64,000 bases of DNA. Origin: Eledone cirrhosa (Eukaryota). The stretch's first letter is position 1. Every line of letters begins with the position of its first letter. Of the stretch, positions 12,578-25,750 are shown in pieces. The notes under the pieces are model-generated. The model worked only from the letters and a program-made list of their open reading frames with translations. It searched no databases and was not told where the DNA came from. The position numbers and the translations under genes were made by a program. The stretch is from contig OZ024752.1 of the NCBI GenBank assembly GCA_964016885.1, positions 24,304,001-24,368,000 on the forward strand. The letters run 5' to 3'.

Positions 12578-12980
12578 CACTAGAAGAGGTAAATATTTAT
12601 ATTATATTTTTTAATGTATTTTGAAAAATTGATTGAATTTTACTTGTTCTGCTTATCTTAATATTAAAGTTCTGGTGTATCAAATTAACACCATTGAACA
12701 ACCCTGAATCATAGACAACCTATGTATTTCTAGGGGTACCTAGTATCCCTGGACATATTAACTTATACCTTTTTCTCCGTCCGTTGAGAACAAATCTGTT
12801 GCTTTACTAGGCTGCTATTTCTTTAGTAGTAATTGTAGACAGCAAGTCTTTGATTTTCCCGCTTTTACTTCGGTCCAGTTTACATACGGGTCACTTTTAC
12901 GACCTTTCAGACCTTTATTAGCTGGCAGGAGGTTGTATATTTTGTCGTTCCTGGGACGTTTAGCCCTAGGATGGGAAAAT

Positions 12981-13062
12981 GCTTCTCTGATGAGCTTTGG
13001 TTTTCCATCATGAATCCATCGGATTTATGAGGTTTTACAAAGCGAAACTGATCAGTAAGGGC
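12981..13062 (+). ncRNA. Type I hammerhead ribozyme (485-bp unit, copy 2)
   Basis: Identical to 12496-12577. Confidence 0.8.
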
Positions 13063-13142
13063 CACTAGAAGAGGTAAATATTTATATTATATTTTTTAAT
13101 GTATTTTGAAAAATTGATTGAATTTTACTTGTTCTGCTTATC

Positions 13143-13326
<184 letters not shown>

Positions 13327-13341
13327 CGTATATATATATAT

Positions 13342-13902
13342 TAGTAATAATAATAAAATTGAAGACTAAAATCCAAAGAGGGCTCGATAAGGAAAATATA
13401 TATCAAATATATAAGAACCGTAGAGCAAATATTTATTAAAATAACAGATTAAAGTTTAAGCAAAGAATCGCTGCTTTCACCCTTAACGGGATCTTCTGAA
13501 ACTAACAAAGTCAATCTGTAAACGCAGAAGTGGATATTTCGAAAAACGTTGCAACCGGAGGAAGACAGGAAGACGATACTTTGGTTTGTAGAAACGTTCG
13601 CTGGCAAAGAACGGGAAAAAACGAATAATATGTCATTAATAGGAGCGGTGAAAAACAATTACGCGCAAAGACAGAACCACGTTTATGGTATAAAAGAGGT
13701 CGTAGACTAATGTTCTCTTAGGTGGTGCATAGAGACGTTCTCTGGCAATGAACGAAAAAACGAAGATAATAAGTCATATATGGAGCCGTGGAGAACAATA
13801 GCACGCAAAGACAAAACCACGTAAATGGTATAGCAGAAGTCGTAGATTAAAATTGAAATGCGCATAATAAAATACATGGAACTCATTTAACCATCTTTTG
13901 AT

Positions 13903-13908
<6 letters not shown>
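13342..13908. repeat. Unclassified TA-flanked repeat with internal ~140-bp diverged tandem duplication; apparent parent of the ~127-bp mini-element
   Basis: 13588-13710 resembles 13729-13850; right end matches reverse complement of ~25110-25166; left part shares both modules of the mini-element. Confidence 0.55.
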
Positions 13909-13966
<58 letters not shown>

Positions 13967-13971
<5 letters not shown>

Positions 13972-14093
13972 TAATATAACAGATTAAAGTTTAAGCAATA
14001 AATATTTGCTCTACAGTTCTTATATATTTGATATATATTTATCCTTATCGAGCCCTCTTTGGATTTTAGTCTTCAAATTTATTATTATTACTA
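13967..14093. repeat. ~127-bp TA-flanked mini-element (also 21503-21627, 35978-36107, 63436-63562)
   Basis: tttattaaaataacagattaaagtttaagcaataaatatttgctcta..ccttatcgagccctc..gtcttcaaatttattattattacta; four copies with the same ends, each within (TA)n. Confidence 0.85.
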
Positions 14094-14311
14094 TATATAC
14101 ATATATATATATATATTAGGTATAGGATTATCCTAGATGTAGTAATGGTTAATTACTACACTGTATATGGTTGACGTACGGTGAGAAGTTACTCTACGAG
14201 TTATGGAAGAATTGTTGAAGAAACTTAGTTCCTGATCCTTCTGTATTCCGGAGTGTATATAAAGAATGAATAATAACAGGTAGACATCATAAAAAGGTAA
14301 TTTATTCCGTG

Positions 14312-14423
14312 TGCTTACAAATGTTTCCACGGTGGTACTACAACCTAGTTATGCTATGTGCAAATTTACAACTATTTTCAGAACTCAAATATCCAATGCT
14401 GTGACCACTGTATCCTCAGAGCA
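14312..14423 (-). ncRNA. Type I hammerhead ribozyme, long stem II loop (family B, 3' pLTR)
   Basis: ugcu CUGAGGA uacaguggu..~65 nt..accaccgug GAAA cauuug UA agca, followed by AAUAAA. Confidence 0.7.
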
Positions 14424-14920
14424 GAATGGCTAAAATATACAATGTAAATACCCTTAAGTGGAGTTGTTGGAGAAGATAGAGTAGAAATGGAAGAGAGAAA
14501 AGTAGGGGAGAGGGAGAGAGAGAGAAAGATATGCAGGGGTTGGAGAAATAGGAGAGAGTGGTTTGTAGATATCTTAATCAAAATGTTATGGTAGGGGTTT
14601 TATTATACTGATTACTTTTGGAGAGATGCGTTGATAGTTAAGGTCGGAATTATTTATTGCCCTAGAGGGCAGGTTCATAGATGTGGAGAGGGAGGGAGGT
14701 AGGCCAAAGGCGAGAGAGAGAGAATGTAATGGATGTAGAGAGAGAGAGATAGAGAGGGGACAGACGAAGTCTATGTGGTGAGTGAACTTTGGGTTCGTAG
14801 TAGTAATCTGCGAATTGCACTGAGTTACCATTTATAGTGATAAGCAGTGTATTGTCTTGTAGTGTGGGGGAAGAGAAGGTGCTTAGCTAGAAAGCGATGT
14901 TATAGTTACGGGTTCGAATG

Positions 14921-17248
14921 TTAAGTTATTTTATAGTGAGAGAATTTAGCTTTTAGTTTGTGGTTGCAGTATAATGATCGTTCAATTCTATCGTTATGTA
15001 GTTTGTTTTTCGATTTTAATATGTAAAAGAGTTCGAGATTACATAACCTACAGTACTTCAATCCACTCCGATATGCACTTGCGCTGGAAAGTATATCCCA
15101 TTTTAAGGTGAACTGTTGGTTGCGTTCACGGAGTTGCCAGGTCTTGTTGGCGAGCGTGGTCACAAAACGGTGATTAGGATGTTTGATTGAGAATCGATGA
15201 CGGTACCAGCGAGATTTAAACGAGGTGGTGGTAGACCGATATAATACCATTTCTGGTCGTTCGATTCAACCGTGCATTGGTAAACAATGTTGGACTTTAG
15301 GCATTCATTCTTCAATGGACATCTTTCAGGTAGATGGCAGTTACATTCTTTGTTGTGGGTAGCGGGTATACCATGGATAGGTTGTGATAGCAGTACAGGT
15401 GGATTGTGTAATACCCGTCTCCCATTTAGTGGTTGGGAGGCAGATATTACGTTCTGCCCATCTGTTACTAAAATATTTTGTTTTATATTGTTGTTTAATT
15501 GCTTTAAGTTAAGTTTTTTTATGTATGCTTCAAGGTTTGGTGCCGTGGAGTATGATAGTCTAATAGTTTTAGAGTTCAGAATTTTGCTGTATTTATGGGA
15601 ACTAGGGAAATGTTTGTTGATTAACTTAAAGAATGAAAGAGATAGTTTTGTACTAATCGAGGCATTAAAAATAGTATTATACCAGATATACTTTCTACAA
15701 CGTGATTTATTTGGTGGTGATTTTCTATTGTTAGTATGTCTGGTGGTACTGTGTGCGTGCGCTTGTATTTTAGTCCCCCGGTTACGTATTCCTTTATTTC
15801 GTGTAGAGCTATGTGTGTTATGGAGATTCCTATCAATGTATTCTATTGTATCCCGGTGGTCGGCATTCCTTAATGCATTATTATAGTATTCAGTGTGTTC
15901 ACTAAAAATATCAGAGTTAGACGATAGGCGAGAGATTCTAAGAGGAATACTCCAGGGAACAGATTTGATCATGGAGAGTGGGTGGTTTGAGTTAAAGTTA
16001 ATATACGTAAGGTTCTCATTCATCTTGTAGAAGGGTCGTATCTGTCCGGTATTTAAATTAAGAGTTACGTCCAGAAAGTTTACTACTTTAAGGTTGTATT
16101 CGTATTTTATTTTTAGACCCAATTCACTAAAAGATTTTCTAATATTTTTCCGTAGCCTTTCAAGATTTGGGTTATTCAAGTTATTAACTAATAAGAGTCC
16201 GTCATCTCTGTATATCCCCCCCTGTAGATTACTAAATTTACTATGTAGTATGTGGGCTATGTAAATTCCCACAAGATCCGTGACCTCCGCCGAGTCGTTG
16301 GAACCCATGGTAATGTCGAAGCTTGTGGGTCTGTCCTTACGTTCCCAGTAGCAGTTATCAAACTTAATAATAGTTTTTCTAGCCTCGAGAATAATATTAA
16401 TTTCGTCCTCCGTTAGGTCGGAATTGACCTTAGCAAACGATAGGGCCTTACGTAAAGTGTTTGGTGAGATTGAAGAGTAGTATTCGTCTATGTCAAATTG
16501 TATAAACTTAGATTTATTCTTATTCTTAACGTTATTAAACCAGCGAATTGCTTCGCTAGTGTTGCCCCATAATTTAATTTCAATTTTCTTTTTCACTTGA
16601 GTTATTACTCTGTCAAGTATATGTTTGCTAATTTTTCCTATGTCTGATTTAGAAGGGCATATAAGTCTAATCTTAGGGTTAGAGTCAAAATTAACCTTAT
16701 GGTCCTTCAGGTTAAAGGTGGGGGTTGCGGGCATAATCGGCTCGGTTCTATCGTCTATCTTGAGATTCTTCACCACTTTGTATGCCTCGTTGTTAATATT
16801 TGCTAGCGTAGTTTCATTTGTTTTTCTATATTTTTTTGTGTAGTTCGTTGCGTATGAAGTTATTGTACGTATCGATATCCATGGTATACACGTTAGAGGT
16901 CTTGTCAGCTTTCACAACAATTCCATTGGTATTTTGCAGTCTTCGGAGTAGTGCTTTCATGTTGCTCTGCAGCTCATTATTTCTATGTTTGTTGAACTTA
17001 ATATTTATGGTCGTTTTCATTAAATCTTGTTCGAAGGCATCAAGATGAGGGTTTGTGGGTGGGTTTTTACATGATTTAAAACCATATGATTCAGACGAGT
17101 GACTGGCGCGTCCCTTATCGAAATGGAAAGCTTTCCATCGTACACGCCGAATGAAGTCATTATTGCGTTGAATCATACTAACAATATATTCTCTTTCGTT
17201 AGGTATAGGTATGTTTTTAAGTGACATACCTATATGATGCTTTTCCAT
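14921..17248 (-). pseudogene. PLE B RT + GIY-YIG polyprotein, two frameshifts (~16826, ~15235)
   Basis: SLKNIPIP, RRVRWKAFHF, FDIDEYY, MGSNDSAEVTDLVG, YRDDGL, CNCHLPERCPLKNEC, IVYQC..YYIG, CRLCNLE split over three ORFs. Confidence 0.9.
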
Positions 17249-17493
17249 ATTAAGGCCGTGTGTCGGTGTGGTTGCTCAACTGTGTAGGAGGCGATTATTA
17301 GGTATAGGATTATCCTAGATGTAGTAATGGTTAATTACTACACTGGATATGGTTGACGTACGGTGAGAGGTTACTCTACGAGTTATGGAAGAATTGTTGA
17401 AGAAACTTAGTTCCTGATCCTTCTGTATTCCGGAGTGTATATAAAGAATGAATAATAACAGGTAGACATCATAAAAAGGTAATTTATTCCGTG

Positions 17494-17605
17494 TGCTTAC
17501 AAATGTTTCCACAGTGGTACTACAGCCTAGTTATGCTATATGCAAATTTACAACTATTTTCAGAACTCAAATATCCAATGCTGTGACCACTGTATCCTCA
17601 GAGCA
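17494..17605 (-). ncRNA. Type I hammerhead ribozyme (family B, 5' pLTR)
   Basis: As 14312-14423 but with fully paired 9-bp stem II (uacaguggu/accacugug). Confidence 0.75.
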
Positions 17606-18295
17606 GAATGGTTAAAATATACAATGTAAATACCCTTTAGTGGGGTTGTTGGAGAAGATAGAGTAGAAAAGGAAGAGAGAAAAGTGGGGGAGAGGGAGAG
17701 AGAGAGAAAGATATGCAGGGGTTGGAGAAATAGGAGAGAGTGGTTTGTAGATATCTTAATCAAAATGTTATGGTAGGGGTTTTATTATACTGGTTACTTT
17801 TGGAGAGATGCGTTGATAGTTAAGGTCGGAATTATTTATTGCCCTAGAGGGCAGGTTCATAGATGTGGAGAGGGAAGGTTGTACTAATTTCAAGCTTATT
17901 AGCTATCATCAGCAATGTATACCTTCCTGCCAGATTGTTGAACGTATATACTTACCTTATGCATATTAACGGCTGAGTAGCCCAATTTGCATATCGAGTG
18001 GGTTAATCGGACGGGTGCACCGAAAACGATAAACTGAAAAAATGAAACGAATTTTCATTTCCCACTCTTAGTACGGCTGTTACTTAAATATAAGTATGTA
18101 CACGTACATACATATATGTATTCAGACGTACAGTAGTATGTATATATATATACATACATTCACACATATATATATGTACGTATGGATTCACAGAACATTT
18201 ATTATAATGCTCGGTGTGTTTGTAAACAAACATCCCGTATTAAGCCGTTGTGTCTAGCAACCATCGTTGCTCGTTTGTTCAACACTGACAAAGGA

Positions 18296-18338
18296 ACGCT
18301 GTACTAATTTCAAGCTTATTAGCTATCATCAGCAACGT
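18296..18338 (-). ncRNA. Minimal type I hammerhead ribozyme (420-bp unit)
   Basis: acguug CUGAUGA uagcu-aaua-agcuu GAAA uuag UA cagcgu. Confidence 0.78.
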
Positions 18339-18576
18339 ATACCTTCCTGCCAGATTGTTGAACGTATATACTTACCTTATGCATATTAACGGCTAAGTAG
18401 CCCAATTTGCATATCGAGTGGGATAATCGGCCGGGTGCACCGAAAACGATAAACGGAAAAAATGAAACGAATTTTCATTTCCCACTCTTAGTACGGCTGT
18501 TACTTAAATATAAGTAAGTACACGTACATACATATATGTATACAGACGTACAGTAGTATGTATATATATATACATA

Positions 18577-19072
18577 TAAAGGAAAGAAATGTTTCTCTTT
18601 GTTGAATATAAGTCACCAATTTAGCGGAGAAGTATTTAGAAGTTGGTAAGGTTGCCACGAGGAACCAGGTTTGGTAGAAAGATATGATAGGAATATTGAC
18701 AACGACTTTAGCTTGGTTTTACATTATTTATTAACACAGGTTACGAAGTGAATTAAGTTGGCATGCCAAGAGAAATGAAATAGATCAATTAAGATTACAA
18801 GAGAAAATACGGGCGACTGGCTGAAAGCGTTTGGCCAGGCTCGTAGGTAATGTTTTGTCGTTACATATTGTTTGTGCTTACGGAGCAAAAGAACAAGCGT
18901 GTTTTACCTTAGCATGGTCCAGCTGGAAGTGATAGCGTCCTCAAATCTTTGCGGGCTATTTCTCCCTCAGAGCGCGTAGGGATACATCCTCTTCTACTGG
19001 CGCTGATTGGCTGAGCTGAGCCAAATCACGCACAGAGAATGTATGTGAGCCCGCGGAATGTAGGTCACTACA
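18577..19072. mobile_element. Possible solo LTR inserted in the 420-bp repeat
   Basis: 496-bp unique insert with 4-bp duplication CATA on both sides relative to the empty site at ~18153; ends ..CTACA, begins TA (not TG); AATAAA on minus strand. Confidence 0.45.
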
Positions 19073-19169
19073 CATACATGCACACATATATATATGTACG
19101 TATGGATTCACCGAACATTTATTATAATGCTAGGTGTGTTTGTAAACAAACATATACATATACATATAC

Positions 19170-19260
<91 letters not shown>

Positions 19261-19270
19261 CATATATATA

Positions 19271-19349
<79 letters not shown>

Positions 19350-19358
19350 CTGTATATT

Positions 19359-19412
<54 letters not shown>

Positions 19413-19414
19413 AA

Positions 19415-19515
<101 letters not shown>

Positions 19516-19524
19516 GTACATATA

Positions 19525-19605
<81 letters not shown>

Positions 19606-19652
19606 ATATACATATTTTTATATATATATATACATATATATTTATATTTATA

Positions 19653-20091
19653 TAAAATAAAGTTAAATAAAAGTCAAATGATTAAAATTTAGCTTCGTTT
19701 ATTACTGTTATATATATTTCAGTGACAGTCATCTTTGGCTGTGACCTCTTCAGGCAGTTTGAATTAGTATGGTATAGACAAGTACATATGTTGTTTAGGT
19801 GTATAATATTGTCAATACTCTGATATGCCCAGTTCCTTGTTGGGTTGTTATTTCAATGAGGAACTGGAGTCATGACTTCAGTTCCTCATTGAAATAACAA
19901 CCAACAAGGAACTGGGCATATCAGAGTATTGACAATATTATACACCTAAACAACATATGTACTTGTCTATACCATACTAATTCAAACTGCCTGAAGAGGT
20001 CACAGCCAAAGATGACTGTCATTGAAATATATATCGCAGTAATAAACGAAGCTAAATTTTAATCATTTGACTTTTATTTAACTTTATTTTA
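19653..20091. repeat. Spacer-less ~440-bp palindrome, each arm carrying a minimal hammerhead
   Basis: Centre gtcatgac at 19869-19876; arms near-perfect reverse complements. Confidence 0.9.
19986..20040 (+). ncRNA. Minimal type I hammerhead ribozyme (mirror copy 19704-19758 minus)
   Basis: acugc CUGAAGA ggucacag..cugucauu GAAA uauaua UC gcagu then AAUAAA. Confidence 0.72.
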
Positions 20092-20196
20092 CACTACTCC
20101 GGAGTAACCAAACCAACCTGCGCACTTCGTCGAATGCTCCAGCCTGCATACTGAGGTGTTGGTATACAACCAACATAAACTCAAAATCGATATATT

Positions 20197-20252
<56 letters not shown>

Positions 20253-20299
20253 CATATATATACATATATATATACATATGTATATATACACATATATAC

Positions 20300-20331
<32 letters not shown>

Positions 20332-20449
20332 TATTAGAAATGTTAGCTATCGCCGTATTTTGACTAAAGAAATAAAAGAAATTATAACTATATATGTATA
20401 TATATATATATGAATATGAATATATATATATATATGTATATGTATATAT

Positions 20450-20510
<61 letters not shown>

Positions 20511-20570
20511 TGTATATGTATATATGTATATATATATGTATATATATATGTATATATATATGTGTATATA

Positions 20571-20671
<101 letters not shown>

Positions 20672-20684
20672 GTATATATATATA

Positions 20685-21270
20685 TGTAAGTATGCATGTA
20701 TACGTACATACATATATGTATACAGACGTACAGTAGCATGCACATATATATATATATATACATATATACATACATATGCATACAGGTACACATACATATA
20801 TGCACGTATCAGTTTAGCGGCGCTAACGTCGCTTTGTTCGTTTGTAAACAAACTGAACAGCCTGAATTTATGCCATACGGTGTTAAGGCAACCACGTCAC
20901 CTTTTTGTTCAACACTGACACAGGAACGATGTACTAGTTTCAAGCTTGTTAGCTATCATCAGCACCGTTTACCCATCTGCCAGATAGTTGAACGTTCGAA
21001 AGTATATACTTTCCTTATGAAAATTAACGGCTGAGCAGCCTAATTTGCATATTGAGTGAGTTAAATCGGTCAGGCATACCGAAAACGATGAATTGAAACA
21101 AAATGAAAACGAAATTTCATTTCTCACTCTTAGTATGGCACTTACTTAAATGTAAGTATGCATGTATACGTACATACATATATGTATACAGACGTACAGT
21201 AGCATGCACATATATATATATATATACATATATACATACGTGGTTGCCTTAACACCGTATGGCATAAATT
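20685..21270 (-). mobile_element. Diverged relative of the 420-bp retrozyme-like repeat (466-bp period) with short inverted end
   Basis: 20685-20775 repeated from 21151; 21239-21270 is reverse complement of ~20865-20896; homologous to 17881-18300. Confidence 0.75.
20925..20969 (-). ncRNA. Minimal type I hammerhead ribozyme
   Basis: aacggug CUGAUGA uagcu-aaca-agcuu GAAA cuag UA caucguu; 7-bp stem I differs from 18296 copy yet still pairs; palindromic CUAG stem III. Confidence 0.82.
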
Positions 21271-21386
21271 TCTATTCCGTTTACCAATATATAATAACTT
21301 GTGTGTTAAACCTCAATTCTTTTAACTATATATATATATATATGTTTATATATATATACGTATGTTTATATATGTATATATATATG

Positions 21387-21507
<121 letters not shown>

Positions 21508-21629
21508 TAAAATAACATTAAAGTTTAAGCAATAAATATTTGCTCTACGGTTCCTATATATTTGATATATATTTATCCTTATCGAGCCCTCTTTGGATTT
21601 TAGTCTTCAAATTTATTAATATTACTATA

Positions 21630-21766
<137 letters not shown>

Positions 21767-21829
21767 CTACGCATATATATATACATATATATATACATAT
21801 ATATATATAAACATATATATATATATATA

Positions 21830-22389
21830 TAGTTAAAAGAATTGAGGTTTAACACACAAGTTATTATATATTGGTAAACGGAATAGAAAATGCTGACAAA
21901 TTGTTCACAGTTGAAAAATAGTTTAATTAGGAATAAAAGAGTATTAGTTATTGTATGGGTTAGTATTCAGTTGTGGTTTTAAGTTTTTAAGTTTTTACCG
22001 GTTGCGCATATCTAAATGCTTTTCAAAAATAATTTTGAGATAGTGCGTCCGTGTTGTTTGCTCTGATCTGATTAGTTTTGGGAATTCTACCTGTTTTTAT
22101 GTTAAAAAAGTGGCTCCAGCGGTATTAAAATAGATTTTACGCCAATTCGTTTTGCAAAAATTCTTGTTGTCAAAACAATTTTGATTGGTCGGTAGAGGTC
22201 ATGTGAATGTAAAAAATTGATTTTGCGCCAAATGTAGGTTTGTGTCGGCTGATTGAGAAATGACTCTTTCACAACAAATATGTGTGTGTGTGTGTGTAGT
22301 AGTAGTAAAGTGTTCGATGTTGTGATAATGGTTAGCAGGGATGTATGTGCGAACCGCAGCCTGTTGACAGTTCAAATGGCTATTAAGAT

Positions 22390-22447
<58 letters not shown>

Positions 22448-22527
22448 CAGAGTAATTCGTGGTAGCGGGATGGTCAGTAGGAATGTGTCTGTAAGCAGTG
22501 GGGGGTATTTTAGCATGTCAAAAGGTA

Positions 22528-22558
<31 letters not shown>

Positions 22559-22811
22559 ATAAGTCTCTTTGTATGTTAATGTACGCGTGTGTATGAGTGT
22601 GTGTGTGTATATATATATGTGTGTGTGTATATATATGTATGTGTGTGTGTATGTGAGAATGTGTGTGTGTGTGTGTATCACTGAAAATATCGAATAATGT
22701 ACACCATTTTACCAGGGGAAAGAAATACTGGTCCACCCACCCACCCACACACACATATATATACACACACACACACACATACACACGCGTACATTAACAT
22801 ACAAAGAGACT

Positions 22812-22870
<59 letters not shown>

Positions 22871-23482
22871 CTCCGTATAAGACAAAAGCTGAAAAATATC
22901 TCTTGACATGCTAAAATACACCCCACTGCTTACAGACACATTGCTACTGACCATCCCGCTACCACGAATTACTCTGCTATACACACACACACACACACAC
23001 ACACTTATCTTAATAGCCATTTGAACTGTCAACAGGCTGCGGTTCGCACACACATCCCTGCTAACCATTATCACAACATCGAACACTTTACTACTACTAC
23101 ACACACACACATATTTGTTGTGAAAGAGTCATTTCTCAGTCTTGGCGCAAAATCAATTTTTACATTCATATGACCTCTACCGACCAATCAAAATTGTTTT
23201 GACCACAAGAATTTTTGCAACACCAAGTAGCGCTGGAGCCACTTTTATAACATAAAAACAGGTACAATTCCCAAAACTAATCAGATCAGAGCAAAAAACA
23301 CGGACGCTCTATCTCAAAATTATTTTTGAAAAGCACTTAGAAATGCGCAACCGGTGAAAACTTAAAAACTTAAAACCACAACTGAATACTAACCCATACA
23401 ATTACTAATACTCTTTTATTCCTAATTAAACTATTTTTCAACTGTGAACAATTTGTCAGCATTTTCTATTCCGTTTACCAAT

Positions 23483-23483
<1 letters not shown>
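21830..23483. repeat. Non-coding fold-back repeat with (CA)n blocks and nested inverted arms; shorter relatives at 21270-21330, 23737-23921, 62986-63168
   Basis: ~21868-22520 is reverse complement of ~22903-23483; inner 22530-22600 vs 22780-22860 also inverted. Confidence 0.75.
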
Positions 23484-23517
<34 letters not shown>

Positions 23518-23529
23518 CATATGTGTATA

Positions 23530-23691
<162 letters not shown>

Positions 23692-23704
23692 ATATATATA
23701 CATT

Positions 23705-23739
<35 letters not shown>

Positions 23740-23920
23740 GTAAACCGAAAAGAAAATTCTGACAAATTGTTCACAGTGAAAAATAGTTTAATTAGGAATA
23801 AGTGAAAATTAGTAATTATATTGGTTAGTATTCAGTTTTGGTTTTAAGTTTTACCGGTTGCGCATTTCTAATGCTTTGCAAAAATAATTTTGAGATAGAT
23901 GTCCGTGATGTTTGCGCTAA

Positions 23921-25101
<1,181 letters not shown>

Positions 25102-25308
25102 GTAATAACATATAAGATCAAAAGATGGTTAAAAGAGTTCCATGTATTTTATTATGCACATTTCAAAAACAAATATCATCATACAATAACATTTGCGTTT
25201 TGGTCAGATAAAATAGGGAGACATGATATGAAGGTTAAAACACACTTGTGAATAGTGCAGTTTTAAATCAACATATTGCTTTATTGTATTACAATAAAAC
25301 TCACCTCC

Positions 25309-25340
<32 letters not shown>

Positions 25341-25478
25341 TACATATATGTATATATATATATGTATATATATATGTGTATATAAAAATATGTATATATA
25401 TGTGTTTATATATATATGTATATATATATGTGTATATCTATATGTAAATGTATGTATATATATATATATATGTATATG

Positions 25479-25612
<134 letters not shown>

Positions 25613-25640
25613 TATATATGTATATATATATATACATATT

Positions 25641-25718
<78 letters not shown>

Positions 25719-25750
25719 CATATATATATATGTATTTATATATATATATA

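Larger units (their letters stand above)
14115..17879 (-). mobile_element. Penelope-like element family B with ~580-bp direct pseudo-LTRs
   Basis: ~14115-14695 repeated at ~17297-17875 (offset 3182) around an RT+GIY-YIG ORF. Confidence 0.92.
17880..19153 (-). mobile_element. Retrozyme-like tandem repeat, 420-bp period (~2 units), interrupted by a 496-bp insertion
   Basis: 17881-18156 repeated at 18301-18576; resumes at 19073-19153; minimal HHR at 17881-17918 and 18296-18338. Confidence 0.8.

Noticed and set aside
13464-13502. HHR-like motif on minus strand (CAGAAGA uccc..ggg u GAAA gcagc)
   Set aside because: U4 replaced, no NUH at the right place and no stem I; at best a decayed remnant
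15287-15886. Antisense ORFs over PLE and RTE coding regions (also 330-731, 36697-37026, 37905-38369)
   Set aside because: Shadow ORFs opposite bona fide RT/EN frames; no motifs
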